A stretch of DNA of 64,000 nt from the NCBI GenBank assembly GCA_000002435.2, contig CM018790.1; one strand, given 5' to 3'. Position 1 is the stretch's first letter. Each line of letters starts with the position of its first letter. Positions 1 to 10,423 of this stretch are shown here, in pieces. Both the position numbers and the translations under genes were made by a program. The notes below the pieces were generated by a model that worked only from the letters and a program-made list of their open reading frames with translations, was not told the DNA's origin and did no database searches. This stretch comes from Giardia intestinalis. Taxonomy: Eukaryota.

Positions 1-2070
1 GAGTACATTTGCTCTATAAAACAGTGCACACTCGTCCTCGACACGATAAGAGAGCACTTTCTTGCCACACAAAAGTACGAAAGGGATTATATTCCAGCCT
101 ACAATGGATCATATTCTTGGGCTCACAATTCCACAGCACCTGCAGTGTATAACCAGCTGTCTCCTTCTTCATTTAGGACACACGCCAATGCTTACCGTCC
201 AGAGCAGCTCACAGTGCATGGATCTGGAACGTATAGCTATGATCCTTCCAAACAGCTGGTGCAGACGTTCACGCCTGCGACCTCCACTGTATACTCCAAC
301 TCGGTAGCTTCACAGCCACAAACAGATGTTATCCCTACATCTGTTGATTCCAGGACTGAGCGTAGAGATAGAGATCCCGCTGCAATAACATATATAGATG
401 GTTATGCGGCCAAATATTCTCCGGTGCTTTATGATTCCCATATAATGTCTAATAGATCCGGTGTAGAGAAGCTTATGTCACCGCTACAAGCGATAGATGG
501 CCCAGTTAAGCCTGATTGGAACGGAGCTTCCACAGCATCAAGGGTATCCCCAGAAGCCAACACCGCTGGTAATATCTTTCAACCACCAACGAGCTATACG
601 CTGCAGAATATGCTATATGAGCAGTCTCATCATCCCTCTACCCAATCATCATATGGAACATACGCTCCACTCGGTGCTACGGACACTAGCGAACGAGCTA
701 TCCCTTATGACATGGTGGGACATCCTTCACTGCCTGCAGACTCCGCTGTTGTATCGGTTCAGCCTCCTCATCTTGTCCAAAAGCCCAGGCCCTTAGAGAT
801 TGAAGATCTAAGGCAATCGCGACCAGTCCCGAACTATCAAGCTGCTAGTCAGGCGGTGATTGTCGCTGACATCGAGTCGAGGCTGTCTCTCATGGACAGA
901 GTCAAGTCCAGGTCTGCCAACGTTAAAGGTCTAGGCTCTGATGCCACATTATTGATGCTGGCCGTTGTTAATTTTGATAACAATGAAGTGCTCAGACACT
1001 TGGCTCTTGCGGGAAAGCGTACGCATGAAGGAGTCTCAGCACTCATGCTTGCAGCCAGTGTTGGAAACACTTACGCTATTCGGAGCATTCTGGAGCGTGT
1101 CGGAACTGCAGGCCAAAAAGAGACTCGCATGCAGGACTACAGCAATGGAAAGACAGCACTGATGTATGCCGTGGAAGGCCAGCACGAAGAAGCAGTGGAT
1201 GTACTGGCGAAGCACGAAGCAACTATGACTTTGAACGACGGCACAACTGCTCTTATGCTGGCAGCTGTGAGGGAGAATGTGGAAATAGTCAAAAGGCTTG
1301 CAAATTTGGAAGGAGGAATGGTAGATTCTATTGGAAGAACGGCTCTAATGCACGCCATGGGCATCCACAACTATAAGGCTGTTTCCATTCTTGCCAAATG
1401 GGAAGGGGAAAAGCAGGACCATAACGGTCTCACTCCTCTAATGATAGCAGCAAAGGTTGGGGATAATGAGCTGGTGGACATACTCAAGTTGTGCGGTTTA
1501 AACCTCAGAACTCCGGCAGGCGAAACAGCGCTCATGGCTGCTGCAGCTGCTGGACACGTCGCGGTTTGTAGAACATTGGCCCCACAATATGCAGGAGCAG
1601 CCAACATCATTGGGATGACTGCACTGATGTACGCTGCTGAAGCCGGGCACGAAGAGATATGTGAAGCGCTACTTCCATACGAAAAGGGAAAGCGAGATAC
1701 AGCAGGGAGGACTGCGCTCATGTATGCTGCATCCACCGGTCAGGTTGGCTGTGTGCGAAAGCTGCTTCATGCTGAGGAACGAATGCGGGCAACAGACGGA
1801 TCAACGGCTCTCATCATAGCAGCAGAATTGGGCTTTACAGCTGTTGTTGCAGAACTGGTTACGCGGGAAGCAGGGATTGCTCGGTTTTCAGACGAAACAG
1901 CTTTGTCAATGGCCATAATGAACAATAGAAGAGACTGCGTCCAACTTCTTCTTAAGGCTGAGGGTATGCTAAAGTGTCCCGGAGGCATGACACCTGTCGA
2001 ATATGCGACACATTTGAACCGGCCTGAACTCTCAACGATCTTACGTTCTCTTTCGTTTAATGAAGACTAG
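1..2070 (+). CDS. Ankyrin-repeat protein of the Giardia 'Protein 21.1' family. The reading frame is open from base 1, so it is either 5'-partial or starts at the first in-frame ATG at 445.
   Basis: The listed ORF at 145 begins with GTG, and frame 1 has no stop between bases 1 and 145. The C-terminal ~400 aa carry at least ten ankyrin repeats with the Giardia-type G(R/K)TALM(Y/L)AA...GH motif. The N-terminal third is low-complexity Ser/Pro/Thr-rich. Confidence 0.75.
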   Translation, partial: EYICSIKQCTLVLDTIREHFLATQKYERDYIPAYNGSYSWAHNSTAPAVYNQLSPSSFRTHANAYRPEQLTVHGSGTYSYDPSKQLVQTFTPATSTVYSNSVASQPQTDVIPTSVDSRTERRDRDPAAITYIDGYAAKYSPVLYDSHIMSNRSGVEKLMSPLQAIDGPVKPDWNGASTASRVSPEANTAGNIFQPPTSYTLQNMLYEQSHHPSTQSSYGTYAPLGATDTSERAIPYDMVGHPSLPADSAVVSVQPPHLVQKPRPLEIEDLRQSRPVPNYQAASQAVIVADIESRLSLMDRVKSRSANVKGLGSDATLLMLAVVNFDNNEVLRHLALAGKRTHEGVSALMLAASVGNTYAIRSILERVGTAGQKETRMQDYSNGKTALMYAVEGQHEEAVDVLAKHEATMTLNDGTTALMLAAVRENVEIVKRLANLEGGMVDSIGRTALMHAMGIHNYKAVSILAKWEGEKQDHNGLTPLMIAAKVGDNELVDILKLCGLNLRTPAGETALMAAAAAGHVAVCRTLAPQYAGAANIIGMTALMYAAEAGHEEICEALLPYEKGKRDTAGRTALMYAASTGQVGCVRKLLHAEERMRATDGSTALIIAAELGFTAVVAELVTREAGIARFSDETALSMAIMNNRRDCVQLLLKAEGMLKCPGGMTPVEYATHLNRPELSTILRSLSFNED

Positions 2071-2095
2071 ACCTTAAAATTCAGACTTTACTGCC

Positions 2096-2431
2096 ATGTC
2101 TCTGGGTAAGATCACGCACGAAGATTACTGTCTGGAAAAGGAGATGGGGAGGAAGCTTCGATCGGACTACAATCCAATATTGCAGACACTTCATCCCAAT
2201 AGCAACGAAAACCGTGTGGATCACATGAGTGATTTTTTCACGTCAAAGCTCCGTGACCCGCTACCTCATACAGATAAATTTGTGCCTGACCGCACAATAC
2301 TAAATAAGGCCCATTATGCCCAGAAAGAAAAGCGAATGCAAGAGGATGCCCAATTAGTGGCGTCCTTGCCAACCTATGATGAACCTAGTGACGATCTTGC
2401 TTCGCGACCCACAAACAACAAGCACAAATAG
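2096..2431 (+). CDS. Small hypothetical protein (111 aa).
   Basis: True ATG at 2096 in a short intergenic spacer after the upstream gene. Basic/acidic mixed composition; no homolog recognised. Confidence 0.3.
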   Translation: MSLGKITHEDYCLEKEMGRKLRSDYNPILQTLHPNSNENRVDHMSDFFTSKLRDPLPHTDKFVPDRTILNKAHYAQKEKRMQEDAQLVASLPTYDEPSDDLASRPTNNKHK

Positions 2432-2523
2432 ACAACGCAAGCAGACGAGTGAATTTTCTCGACCAGATTAGATTATCTGTCAACAAATATTAACTTTTGT
2501 GTTTTCTGCGCCGGTCCTCAAAT

Positions 2524-5500
2524 ATGAGGACACTACCTTCACAGCCTCCAAAGGCAATTGTGATTCCCCAGCAGCTCCAAAGATTAGCGTCAAGAACTTC
2601 TACTGAAACCTCTTCCTCTGGAGCTAGCCCATCGAAAGACCTTATGACAAAATACGCGTCTGTCGTCTATTCCAATTTGGAGGAGCAGCGACACGTTCGA
2701 CAATGTGATGCAGAACTAGTCACTACGGCACACCGTGGCAAGAAAGCTCTCATCTCCTACGATTTCACTAATCCGCTTTTGATCAAACAACATACCATTC
2801 CAGCATTAGAGGCTCTACGCCGTGAGCGCCCTCGAACCGTTGGGCTCAAGAAGTACCAAGATGTTTCTATTCTGGGCAGAGCATATGCACGGATGATAGA
2901 TAAGGTTCAAAGTGCGCTCTTTCAATCGGGTTTTCTACGCATTTATGATGACGCCACAGGGGTGTTGGCTCCTTCAGAAGCTCGTGAGCGCACATTAGCC
3001 CACCAGCGCATGGCTCACTACCGTATCCTCGAACTTGAGTACATGGAGCATGCTCGAAGTCTCCACGAACACCTTTCGCCATTACTAGTCGACTACACAA
3101 ACAGGATGGAGTATCGGCACCATTTACTGCTCCATTCTATCGCTGACTATTCAATCGAGAATCTCTTTGTAAGCGTATCGGCACAAACACTATACAAGTC
3201 CGTCCAGAATTCGTGCGACGATATCCCTGTGATCCTATTTCAGTGCCGGCTTGAGGACATCATCCGGGGATCTGTACCCTTGATAGATCCCGGCTGCAAG
3301 CAAACACGAATTGATGCATTGACCACTAATGACATTGTCAGTATATCTGAGCTTGCACAGGCCATTGCATCTGAGCAAACCGCAGAGCTCCACGATCCTT
3401 CCATGCTACACCCTGCAATCCAGCAATCTTCCCAACCACGTACAGATATACTAACGTTGGGAAAACATCTTAGTACGATGTTGCTCAATGAGGATAGTAC
3501 TTCTCGAGATTCACTGGCGCTCATGGATGGTTCTCATAGCAACACTCTAAACATTTGCAGCGATCCTGGTGTCGATCGGAAGGTAGAAGATACCGATAGA
3601 ACTCATGCTTCTGATGTTATCGTTACTCGCCTACTCTCACCAGATCCTCAACTGTACGCTTCACAGCAAGAACCTCCCTCGCCAGAGTACAGTACTAAAC
3701 AAGAATCTCAAAGATCTCCAAAGAACTTCCAGATTACGACAATAACTACGCAGAAATACACCAAATCAGGTCTTCCATTGCCGCAATCTAGATTATGTAC
3801 ACGAGGAACTAGCAGATTGAAAGCAGAGATTAATTTATCTAATTTAGACCGTGGTCAGTATGAAGCACTCCACGCAACCAATCCTATATTGGCCAAACCA
3901 AACCGTCAACAGCCTGCGAACACCATAGAGCCGCTCATTGGCAGGGCCATACAGTCCCCGCCAGCAAAACCCAGAACTGTATCACGAGTGTCGGTACTCA
4001 GAAGTCCTACCGTACCCACACGTGAGGCCACACTTCCTCCCAAGGATCTGCAGGCTTGTCTTGTTCCCTTCACTAAAGTTACCTTTCAGCCGGGGTCTCC
4101 AAGCCTACACTTCTCAGAACCAAGTGTACACCCTGTGAGAGATCCCTTTTCAGATAGCGAGTCATCCACCTTAGAGGGTTTTGACACTCTTGAAGACCTT
4201 CCTCAATCACAGGGTCTTCACTTAAGAGCCTGGTCTCCTCTAATTGCTCATGCACATTCATCAGCTTACCAAGATCAAGGACGTAATAAGTCTGTGCCTC
4301 ATACCAAGAACTCGTCACCCAGAAGTCCTGTCACCACGTCTCCTACACACCCATATCCTAGGCTTAGAGACAGATTTGGCTCTCCTTTATTGGCTCTCTC
4401 AACCAAGCGGCTTAGCACAGAAGCGACGCAAGTACTAAGATGCAAAGAACACCTACAGCTCTGTATTTCGCATTACTGCAAGCTTGCTTTACATGGAAAC
4501 CCCTCTAACTATTCCACAGGCTTCACATATACTTCTTGGCTGACAGCAGATCCTATTAACGTGGTTGAGGCTATGCGCCACCTGGCTCCTCAGTGGCCCA
4601 ATGAGAAGAGTTGTGAAAGACTGCAGAAAATTAGAAGGGTACCTTCAGAGCTTACCACAAGCTTGCCACGGAAACTTATATGGATGAACCCTGTGTATAG
4701 GGAGCCTTTCAATGACGTTAGAGACTTGTGCTTTTCAATCATGTGGATGCTTACGGGGGAGTGCGCACCGTCATGGTATGTACCGAGCTCCAGAGCTATG
4801 AAGAAGCGCCGTGCAGACATGAATAGGAGGCTTCTGCTCAACCTAGGGGCAATAGACACATATGATGAGCGAGAAATGACCCCAGGAGTATTTGCACAAC
4901 TAGTGTCTCTCAATAGGAGACTAGAAAGAAAGCCTACTATGTCTCGTGACTCCGCACTTCCTTTCTCAAGAGGAAGAACTTCTGCAACTAGTAGATCACA
5001 AGAGCTAGACATTTCAGACAGCACTCATGACCCCAGCAGCACAGCAAATTCGCTCAGGGAGGCAGAATACTGTGACACATACAACGCTGCTCTTCAAGAG
5101 CTCTATTATAGAGAAGTTCCTGCTGTTGAGCGGTTCCACTTTCCCAAGAACCAGATTGTGTATGGAGCCTATCTGGCTTCTTCTATTCCCTATTACCATG
5201 AAGACCTCGATTTCGTTCTTGCTGAGCTGGAGTCCAGAAGTTACAACAATATTATTTCTATAGGACCAGTAATAGAGCGTGCTATGAAGCACGAGAGGAA
5301 CGACAACTATGACCCTTCGTTTACCCTAGAACGTGTAGGGCTTAAACGAAAGCAGCTCGCCACCTTAGCTAGCGGGATAGAAAAGCCATCAGATGCGGAG
5401 CTTTACCTAATGAATGGAGGCGTAACTCCATACGTTAGTCCATGTCTTTCAGAGTTCAGTAGCTTCATTGCTGCTGGATCAGACTCTGGTGCATCGGATA

Positions 5501-8139
5501 GTAGTGAAAGCCCTCAATCTCGTTCTTTACCAGACTCCGAAATAAGCCTGCTGTACGAAGACGGAGATATCAGCATCAAAAGCCGTCCCTCATTACAATC
5601 TGAGCAATGTAATGGCAGCATGTCCATATCTGAGCTTACAGAGTCGCAAGAGAAGACCCCTGCCAAGATTCCCTTTAGTTCTAGAGACACCCTATCTGAT
5701 GATTGGACTGATATGTTTTTGCAGCGCGTAGTTCATAAGCTTAAGACATATTCCAAGGTGCAGTTGCACCTCCTTAGAGACAGCAATCCTAACTATTACA
5801 CAGGGCACTACGCAGCCTTGAACATGCAAGTGGTTAGCGCTGGCAAGTCCATCAACGGGTGCACCCAGTCAACGAACAGAAGCTCTCCACCAACAACCCC
5901 GCATATGCCCCAGACGAAAGTCACCAGAAAGACGCTGGTACGGTCGAGTGACCAGTATGGCACCAGTTCAATTGCACGGATAATTGAACATCCACTGGAT
6001 TTTACTGATGAGCTTTCGGCAAGTGAGCATCCAGCTGCCTCCACTCATCGCGTGAGAGTCCACGAGGGTAAGCAGGCAGAACCAAATGCGCTGGCGACAC
6101 CCTATGATTCACGAAGGCTTCAAGTCATAGATGTTCACTACCCTAACCGTCGGGCACTTAGGAAAGGATGCTATGTGAACCTGCAGCTTCTGGCAGACCT
6201 CTCCTATTTCAAGGAGACAGAGGAGCGTCAGAGAGAGATCTCTAATGCGTACCTCTTAGATCCCGATATATATCTGGCAGACAGCACAATAAGAGCTTAC
6301 TACGATGAACCTCTGCTTCCATATTACCAGTTCCAAAACCCTTCAATCACTGCAGGCATATACATAGTTACAAAAAATTATGCAAAACCTCCTCAATCAG
6401 TGACCTTTATTGATGGATTTTCAGATGACGAAGTTATAAAGATTACGAAAAAGAAAAGGACACAGATGCAGCACTGGAGCAACTCTCCACATTTGTATTT
6501 ACCTTTTGTTCGAACAATTCTCAGGAATGCTGAGTTCCACCTCCTTGAGTCATATCCTTTTGACTTCTTTTCAACCAAGCCGAGTACCGAGCCAAGCAGT
6601 AATGGCATATCTAAAGGAGAGTCGCTCTTTTGTAGACCTTGTGACTTCACTCGTGACATGTTAAGTTCACAAACATCTCAAGGACCTACAACAGCAGTCA
6701 CAGCAATAACGGCAATTGATAACCTGCAGGAAGCGGAACCACAGACCATGCTGACAGACAGGGTATCTGCAGAGATTGTCGGGGCTGATACCCAGGCATT
6801 TGAGTTGAGTGACAACAATCTACTTACGTTGTTTTCGCTACGTGTCTCAAACATAAAGGAAATAATCAACAGGCTATTGCACTGGATAGAAATGGTGTAC
6901 CCTCTACTTATGCTAGATGGACGGGCGCTTTTGTCGTCCGTTTGTGGATCCAGCTATTGGGCAGATGTCACTAACAGTTCACTTGAGTTAGAGAAGCGCT
7001 CGAAGAAAGAGCAGCTTGCTGCAATGTATAGAAGGTATCTGCACTCTCGTGACGTAAGAAATATTCCAGAGATAGCACAGCCCGAAGGAGATCAAGTGCA
7101 TGCAAGAGCCATGGATAATATGCAGTTATTTGAACTGAAGCGTAACGACGCAATCAGGTTTCTGAAACTAGCCAATAGGATGTATGCAGAGTGTGTAGCC
7201 GAAGCCGTTGTCTACATAGTATGTCAGGTCGTTCTTCCAACGATTAAATCGATACTGAGCTTGATAGCTAAAGAAGCCACGGCAATGATGGACTTGGCGC
7301 GCCTTACAGTATTTAAATATATGGTATACCTGAAAAAGGCTGAGCCAGATCACACTATCTTAGTCAAGGCAAACACAGACTACTTCAAAATCCTCGAGTA
7401 CTGTGAAAGAGTGACAAGCCAGATATTCTGGTTGTTCAGGCACATACCGAGCGTAGATAACAGCCTTATTACAATATCTCACACCAGCGAGGCTAGAGAC
7501 CAAGCAAATAACCAGGGCTTTCGAATGGCAAAGGTGATCATTCGCTGTATTCCGTCCATGCGGACAGCCTGGAATGTCTGCAAGTTAATGTTCATTAAAG
7601 TCAGAGCCACCTTAAGCGCAGGAATGCAGTGTCTAGTCAACATGCCCGAGGCCCCAACTCTTCCCAGATACGTTTTCAGATTCACAGGAAATACAGAGGA
7701 GACCGGACACAACCATCAGGAACCAGGCTGCAGCGACCGCAGGACTATAGTTTTTGGCTACCCAACTTCAAATCTATATAGACAGTGCTCTACGCTGCAG
7801 CTAGAGTTTTCTCTAAAGAAGAATACGCGACTCTGCACAATATCAGGGCTGGCACAATTTGAGTATCTTCTACCCAAAGCACCCGAAACAGCCGTTACTG
7901 ACAAGACACACGAGAAACAGTTCTGGCCCTTTCATAAGTATGGATACTACCACCTACTGCACAGCCTATTTGAGCACTTTGATGACAGAGTGGAGCCACT
8001 TAAAGCTCTTGTCAGTACTGGAAGTAAAAGTATTGCACATGACAGCGAGGATTGCGGCTTCAGCAGCAGCGTAAATGGCAGCATATCGTTGATTGATAGC
8101 GAAGAAGATTATGTAGATGAAGAAGAATTTGGAAACTAA
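2524..8139 (+). CDS. Large hypothetical protein (~1871 aa).
   Basis: Uninterrupted 5.6-kb ORF. The listed start at 2497 is TTG; the first in-frame ATG is 2524. Ser/Pro-rich low-complexity N-terminal third and an acidic C-terminal tail. No domain recognised. Confidence 0.6.
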   Translation: MRTLPSQPPKAIVIPQQLQRLASRTSTETSSSGASPSKDLMTKYASVVYSNLEEQRHVRQCDAELVTTAHRGKKALISYDFTNPLLIKQHTIPALEALRRERPRTVGLKKYQDVSILGRAYARMIDKVQSALFQSGFLRIYDDATGVLAPSEARERTLAHQRMAHYRILELEYMEHARSLHEHLSPLLVDYTNRMEYRHHLLLHSIADYSIENLFVSVSAQTLYKSVQNSCDDIPVILFQCRLEDIIRGSVPLIDPGCKQTRIDALTTNDIVSISELAQAIASEQTAELHDPSMLHPAIQQSSQPRTDILTLGKHLSTMLLNEDSTSRDSLALMDGSHSNTLNICSDPGVDRKVEDTDRTHASDVIVTRLLSPDPQLYASQQEPPSPEYSTKQESQRSPKNFQITTITTQKYTKSGLPLPQSRLCTRGTSRLKAEINLSNLDRGQYEALHATNPILAKPNRQQPANTIEPLIGRAIQSPPAKPRTVSRVSVLRSPTVPTREATLPPKDLQACLVPFTKVTFQPGSPSLHFSEPSVHPVRDPFSDSESSTLEGFDTLEDLPQSQGLHLRAWSPLIAHAHSSAYQDQGRNKSVPHTKNSSPRSPVTTSPTHPYPRLRDRFGSPLLALSTKRLSTEATQVLRCKEHLQLCISHYCKLALHGNPSNYSTGFTYTSWLTADPINVVEAMRHLAPQWPNEKSCERLQKIRRVPSELTTSLPRKLIWMNPVYREPFNDVRDLCFSIMWMLTGECAPSWYVPSSRAMKKRRADMNRRLLLNLGAIDTYDEREMTPGVFAQLVSLNRRLERKPTMSRDSALPFSRGRTSATSRSQELDISDSTHDPSSTANSLREAEYCDTYNAALQELYYREVPAVERFHFPKNQIVYGAYLASSIPYYHEDLDFVLAELESRSYNNIISIGPVIERAMKHERNDNYDPSFTLERVGLKRKQLATLASGIEKPSDAELYLMNGGVTPYVSPCLSEFSSFIAAGSDSGASDSSESPQSRSLPDSEISLLYEDGDISIKSRPSLQSEQCNGSMSISELTESQEKTPAKIPFSSRDTLSDDWTDMFLQRVVHKLKTYSKVQLHLLRDSNPNYYTGHYAALNMQVVSAGKSINGCTQSTNRSSPPTTPHMPQTKVTRKTLVRSSDQYGTSSIARIIEHPLDFTDELSASEHPAASTHRVRVHEGKQAEPNALATPYDSRRLQVIDVHYPNRRALRKGCYVNLQLLADLSYFKETEERQREISNAYLLDPDIYLADSTIRAYYDEPLLPYYQFQNPSITAGIYIVTKNYAKPPQSVTFIDGFSDDEVIKITKKKRTQMQHWSNSPHLYLPFVRTILRNAEFHLLESYPFDFFSTKPSTEPSSNGISKGESLFCRPCDFTRDMLSSQTSQGPTTAVTAITAIDNLQEAEPQTMLTDRVSAEIVGADTQAFELSDNNLLTLFSLRVSNIKEIINRLLHWIEMVYPLLMLDGRALLSSVCGSSYWADVTNSSLELEKRSKKEQLAAMYRRYLHSRDVRNIPEIAQPEGDQVHARAMDNMQLFELKRNDAIRFLKLANRMYAECVAEAVVYIVCQVVLPTIKSILSLIAKEATAMMDLARLTVFKYMVYLKKAEPDHTILVKANTDYFKILEYCERVTSQIFWLFRHIPSVDNSLITISHTSEARDQANNQGFRMAKVIIRCIPSMRTAWNVCKLMFIKVRATLSAGMQCLVNMPEAPTLPRYVFRFTGNTEETGHNHQEPGCSDRRTIVFGYPTSNLYRQCSTLQLEFSLKKNTRLCTISGLAQFEYLLPKAPETAVTDKTHEKQFWPFHKYGYYHLLHSLFEHFDDRVEPLKALVSTGSKSIAHDSEDCGFSSSVNGSISLIDSEEDYVDEEEFGN

Positions 8140-8152
8140 TGCAGATGTGCGA

Positions 8153-8932
8153 CTAGAGATACACGGAATTGTATATTATCGTGACCATACGACGATGACT
8201 GTCTATTATCACGAAACACCTGTTACTGGGATGCAGGTCAAAGTCACGCTGCCTCGGAAATAGATCTGCGGATCCTACTTCAATAATGCGATAGGCGTGT
8301 ATGTGAGAAAGGGTCAGCGAGTCCTCTTCACAGACACGCAAGGGATGCACATGTAGCCTGTACAGATCGGTGCTCAGTTTGATGTAGTTCATTACGTCAA
8401 CTGATTGTTGGTTTAGAGCGCCTCCAGCACGTAAGATCGAGAAGAGTGCACACAGCAACTCACTTCTCCATTCAGGGGTAAATAGTTGGTACAGCTCAGA
8501 GTCCACGTCAAAGAGAGCCTCGTCTATTTCATAGGATACATCCATGTCCAAACGCTGTAATTTGTGGGGAGTGCGGCCCTTGAAGCTGCTTCCAGAAACA
8601 AACCGATGACTAATCGCAGGCAACAGAGCACTTGTGTCAACCTTAGTGACATGCATGACCTCATAGCGTAAGCGATCTGACTCCGGTGAAGGCAAGGGAA
8701 GCGTCTGCATTCCCGAAATATCTGGCAAAAGAAATGCCTCACGAACAGAAGCATCGGCGAAGAAATCACTTAGAAATGTGTCAGCATTGGATGGATGGTA
8801 CTGCTTTGAAAATGCAAATTGAGCAGATTTAAAGCTGTGGTCAAGCCCCCACTGTTGCAACAGGTCGTGTGCATCTCTATCAAGGCCATCAATGCCTCGA
8901 AATGATGAGAGATGCGAAAAGGAAAATGACAT
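8153..8932 (-). CDS. CFAP300: CFAP300 (C11orf70)-like cilia/flagella-associated protein.
   Basis: True ATG (cat at 8930-8932) preceded by an AT-rich stretch. Blocks RSELLCALFSILRAGGALNQQSVDVMNYIKLSTDLYRLHV and CFVIIDSHRRMVTIIYNSV resemble human CFAP300 ([24 protein letters not shown]... / YFIVDPIRRHLHVLYHCYG). Length ~260 aa matches the family. Confidence 0.6.
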   Translation of the reverse strand: MSFSFSHLSSFRGIDGLDRDAHDLLQQWGLDHSFKSAQFAFSKQYHPSNADTFLSDFFADASVREAFLLPDISGMQTLPLPSPESDRLRYEVMHVTKVDTSALLPAISHRFVSGSSFKGRTPHKLQRLDMDVSYEIDEALFDVDSELYQLFTPEWRSELLCALFSILRAGGALNQQSVDVMNYIKLSTDLYRLHVHPLRVCEEDSLTLSHIHAYRIIEVGSADLFPRQRDFDLHPSNRCFVIIDSHRRMVTIIYNSVYL

Positions 8933-9240
8933 TTAAATTTTAAAGACGGGCTTCTTCCGATTTCTTTCTTTATTTGCTTAGCTCCCATAGAGGCCAGGCG
9001 ATATTTGGTCTTGATGGATCAGTTGTCGGTAAACTAATTATCTGTATGTCCGTGAGGCTTCATTTCAACTAACGGTATTCAGCGGCTCCTTTTCTCGCCC
9101 ATAACTGCAACGCACTGTAACCTCATGCTTGCCAGGACAGCGTCTCATGTGTGTCATGGGCTAATTGGTGAACAGAGCAAGCAGTTTTCAGAGTTCAGTA
9201 AAGATATGCAAAGAAAAAGCACGTGAGAAAAAATAAGATC
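8933..9240. promoter_or_regulatory. Divergent intergenic region shared by the CFAP300-like (-) and IFT22-like (+) genes.
   Basis: 308-bp spacer between two head-to-head ATGs. A-rich tracts (gagaaaaaataagatc) lie immediately upstream of the 9241 ATG, as is typical for short Giardia promoters. Confidence 0.3.
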
Positions 9241-9819
9241 ATGCATCTCATTAAACTGGGTATCTTTGGGGCTGTGCACTCTGGAAAGTCTACCATAGCC
9301 GAATTTTACACCGAACTAACTAAGCGAGACGACAAAGGGAACCTTCCACAATATGTCCCAACTGTCGGTTTGCGGATTCTAGAGTCTGAGAAGAGATTGA
9401 CAGACGAATCTGGCTCTCAGGTAGATGTCTCGCTTCAAATCTGGGACGCCTCGGGAGACCCGGCGTATGAGTTTGCCTATAATAGGATTGCCGAACAGCT
9501 GGATGGATTAATCATTGTAGTTCCGTCAACTGAGCTCAATATCGATAAATATGTGCGGAGATATTACGATCTGATCACCCCAAATACAAAGTTTTCTAGC
9601 GGCGCAGGCATTGGGTTCATTTTGGTGTTTGTTCATTACAATGGCAAGATAGCTGGACGAGATGTTTTTCTGGAAGATCGAACACTTGCAACAATACCGG
9701 TGATTAAAACGTCCATGGATGCAGAGCCAAGCCGCATCAGCACGGCTATCGATGACTTTGTCCACAAATGCCACTTGGCAAAGGCGAGTGCAGACAACGA
9801 CCTGCTTGTCCTTAATTAG
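9241..9819 (+). CDS. IFT22: IFT22/RABL5-like atypical small GTPase.
   Basis: The listed start at 9223 is GTG; the first ATG is 9241. A P-loop GAVHSGKST is present. KLGIFGAVHSGKSTIAEFYTE...PTVGLRILESE aligns with human IFT22 KILFVGPCESGKTVLANFLTE...PTQGVRILEFE. QIWDASGDPAYEFAYNRIAEQLDGLIIVV aligns with ELWDCGGDAKFESCWPALMKDAHGVVIVF. There is no NKxD motif, as in IFT22. Confidence 0.6.
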   Translation: MHLIKLGIFGAVHSGKSTIAEFYTELTKRDDKGNLPQYVPTVGLRILESEKRLTDESGSQVDVSLQIWDASGDPAYEFAYNRIAEQLDGLIIVVPSTELNIDKYVRRYYDLITPNTKFSSGAGIGFILVFVHYNGKIAGRDVFLEDRTLATIPVIKTSMDAEPSRISTAIDDFVHKCHLAKASADNDLLVLN

Positions 9820-10360
9820 TAGTAGAGCTTTTAGATGTACGTATGTGTTTCCTGTGCGCTAGTGTGACGCGAACACCTGATACGACTTGGAGTGCTCTGC
9901 AACTGTTCGAGAGTTCCGCCACCATATTATACTGTTTGTCTGCATCAGTGCATCTTTCCCAAAGAGGAGTCTCACAGATATCTAGACACCGAAGACTCTT
10001 CAAGCCTTTGATACCGTACTTTAGCTCACTCAGCTCTTCAATGCTGGTTCCACGAAGGGACAGGCCAGTGAGGAGCGGAACTGTGTTCTTGAGCGGTGCA
10101 TCGAAGCGCTGCAGTGAATTGTACGAGAGTATTAAATTTGTAATAGATTGAAATAGTATAGGTTGCATGTCAGTGCTCGGCCACTTTGGCCATGCACTTA
10201 TGTTGTTATGACTAAGGTCAAGGGTGTCACATATAGACGGTAGAATAATGGAAGATGGTGTAGTTAAACACTGATTTCGTACTAGAGCCGTCCTCTGCCC
10301 CGAAGGAAGCTGCAGCATGCGAATCATTGGACCTGCCATACTGTCAGCGGGGTGCTCCAT
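9812..10360 (-). CDS. Leucine-rich-repeat protein (182 aa).
   Basis: True ATG at 10358-10360. Tandem LxxLxLxxN motifs are present (LDLSHNNIS, LILSYNSLQ, LTGLSLRGTSI, LRCLDICETPL). Its 3' end overlaps the IFT22-like gene by 8 nt. Confidence 0.55.
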   Translation of the reverse strand: MEHPADSMAGPMIRMLQLPSGQRTALVRNQCLTTPSSIILPSICDTLDLSHNNISAWPKWPSTDMQPILFQSITNLILSYNSLQRFDAPLKNTVPLLTGLSLRGTSIEELSELKYGIKGLKSLRCLDICETPLWERCTDADKQYNMVAELSNSCRALQVVSGVRVTLAHRKHIRTSKSSTTN

Positions 10361-10423
10361 GCCGTGCTTTGCCCAAAGCTAAAATTGCATTTAAGTTCAA
10401 GTTTAACACCTTAGAATTTATTT
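10361..10423. promoter_or_regulatory. 63-bp bidirectional intergenic region between the LRR gene (-) and the transporter gene (+).
   Basis: Both flanking ATGs were verified. The spacer is AT-rich (aaaattgcatttaagttcaagtttaacaccttagaatttattt). Confidence 0.3.
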
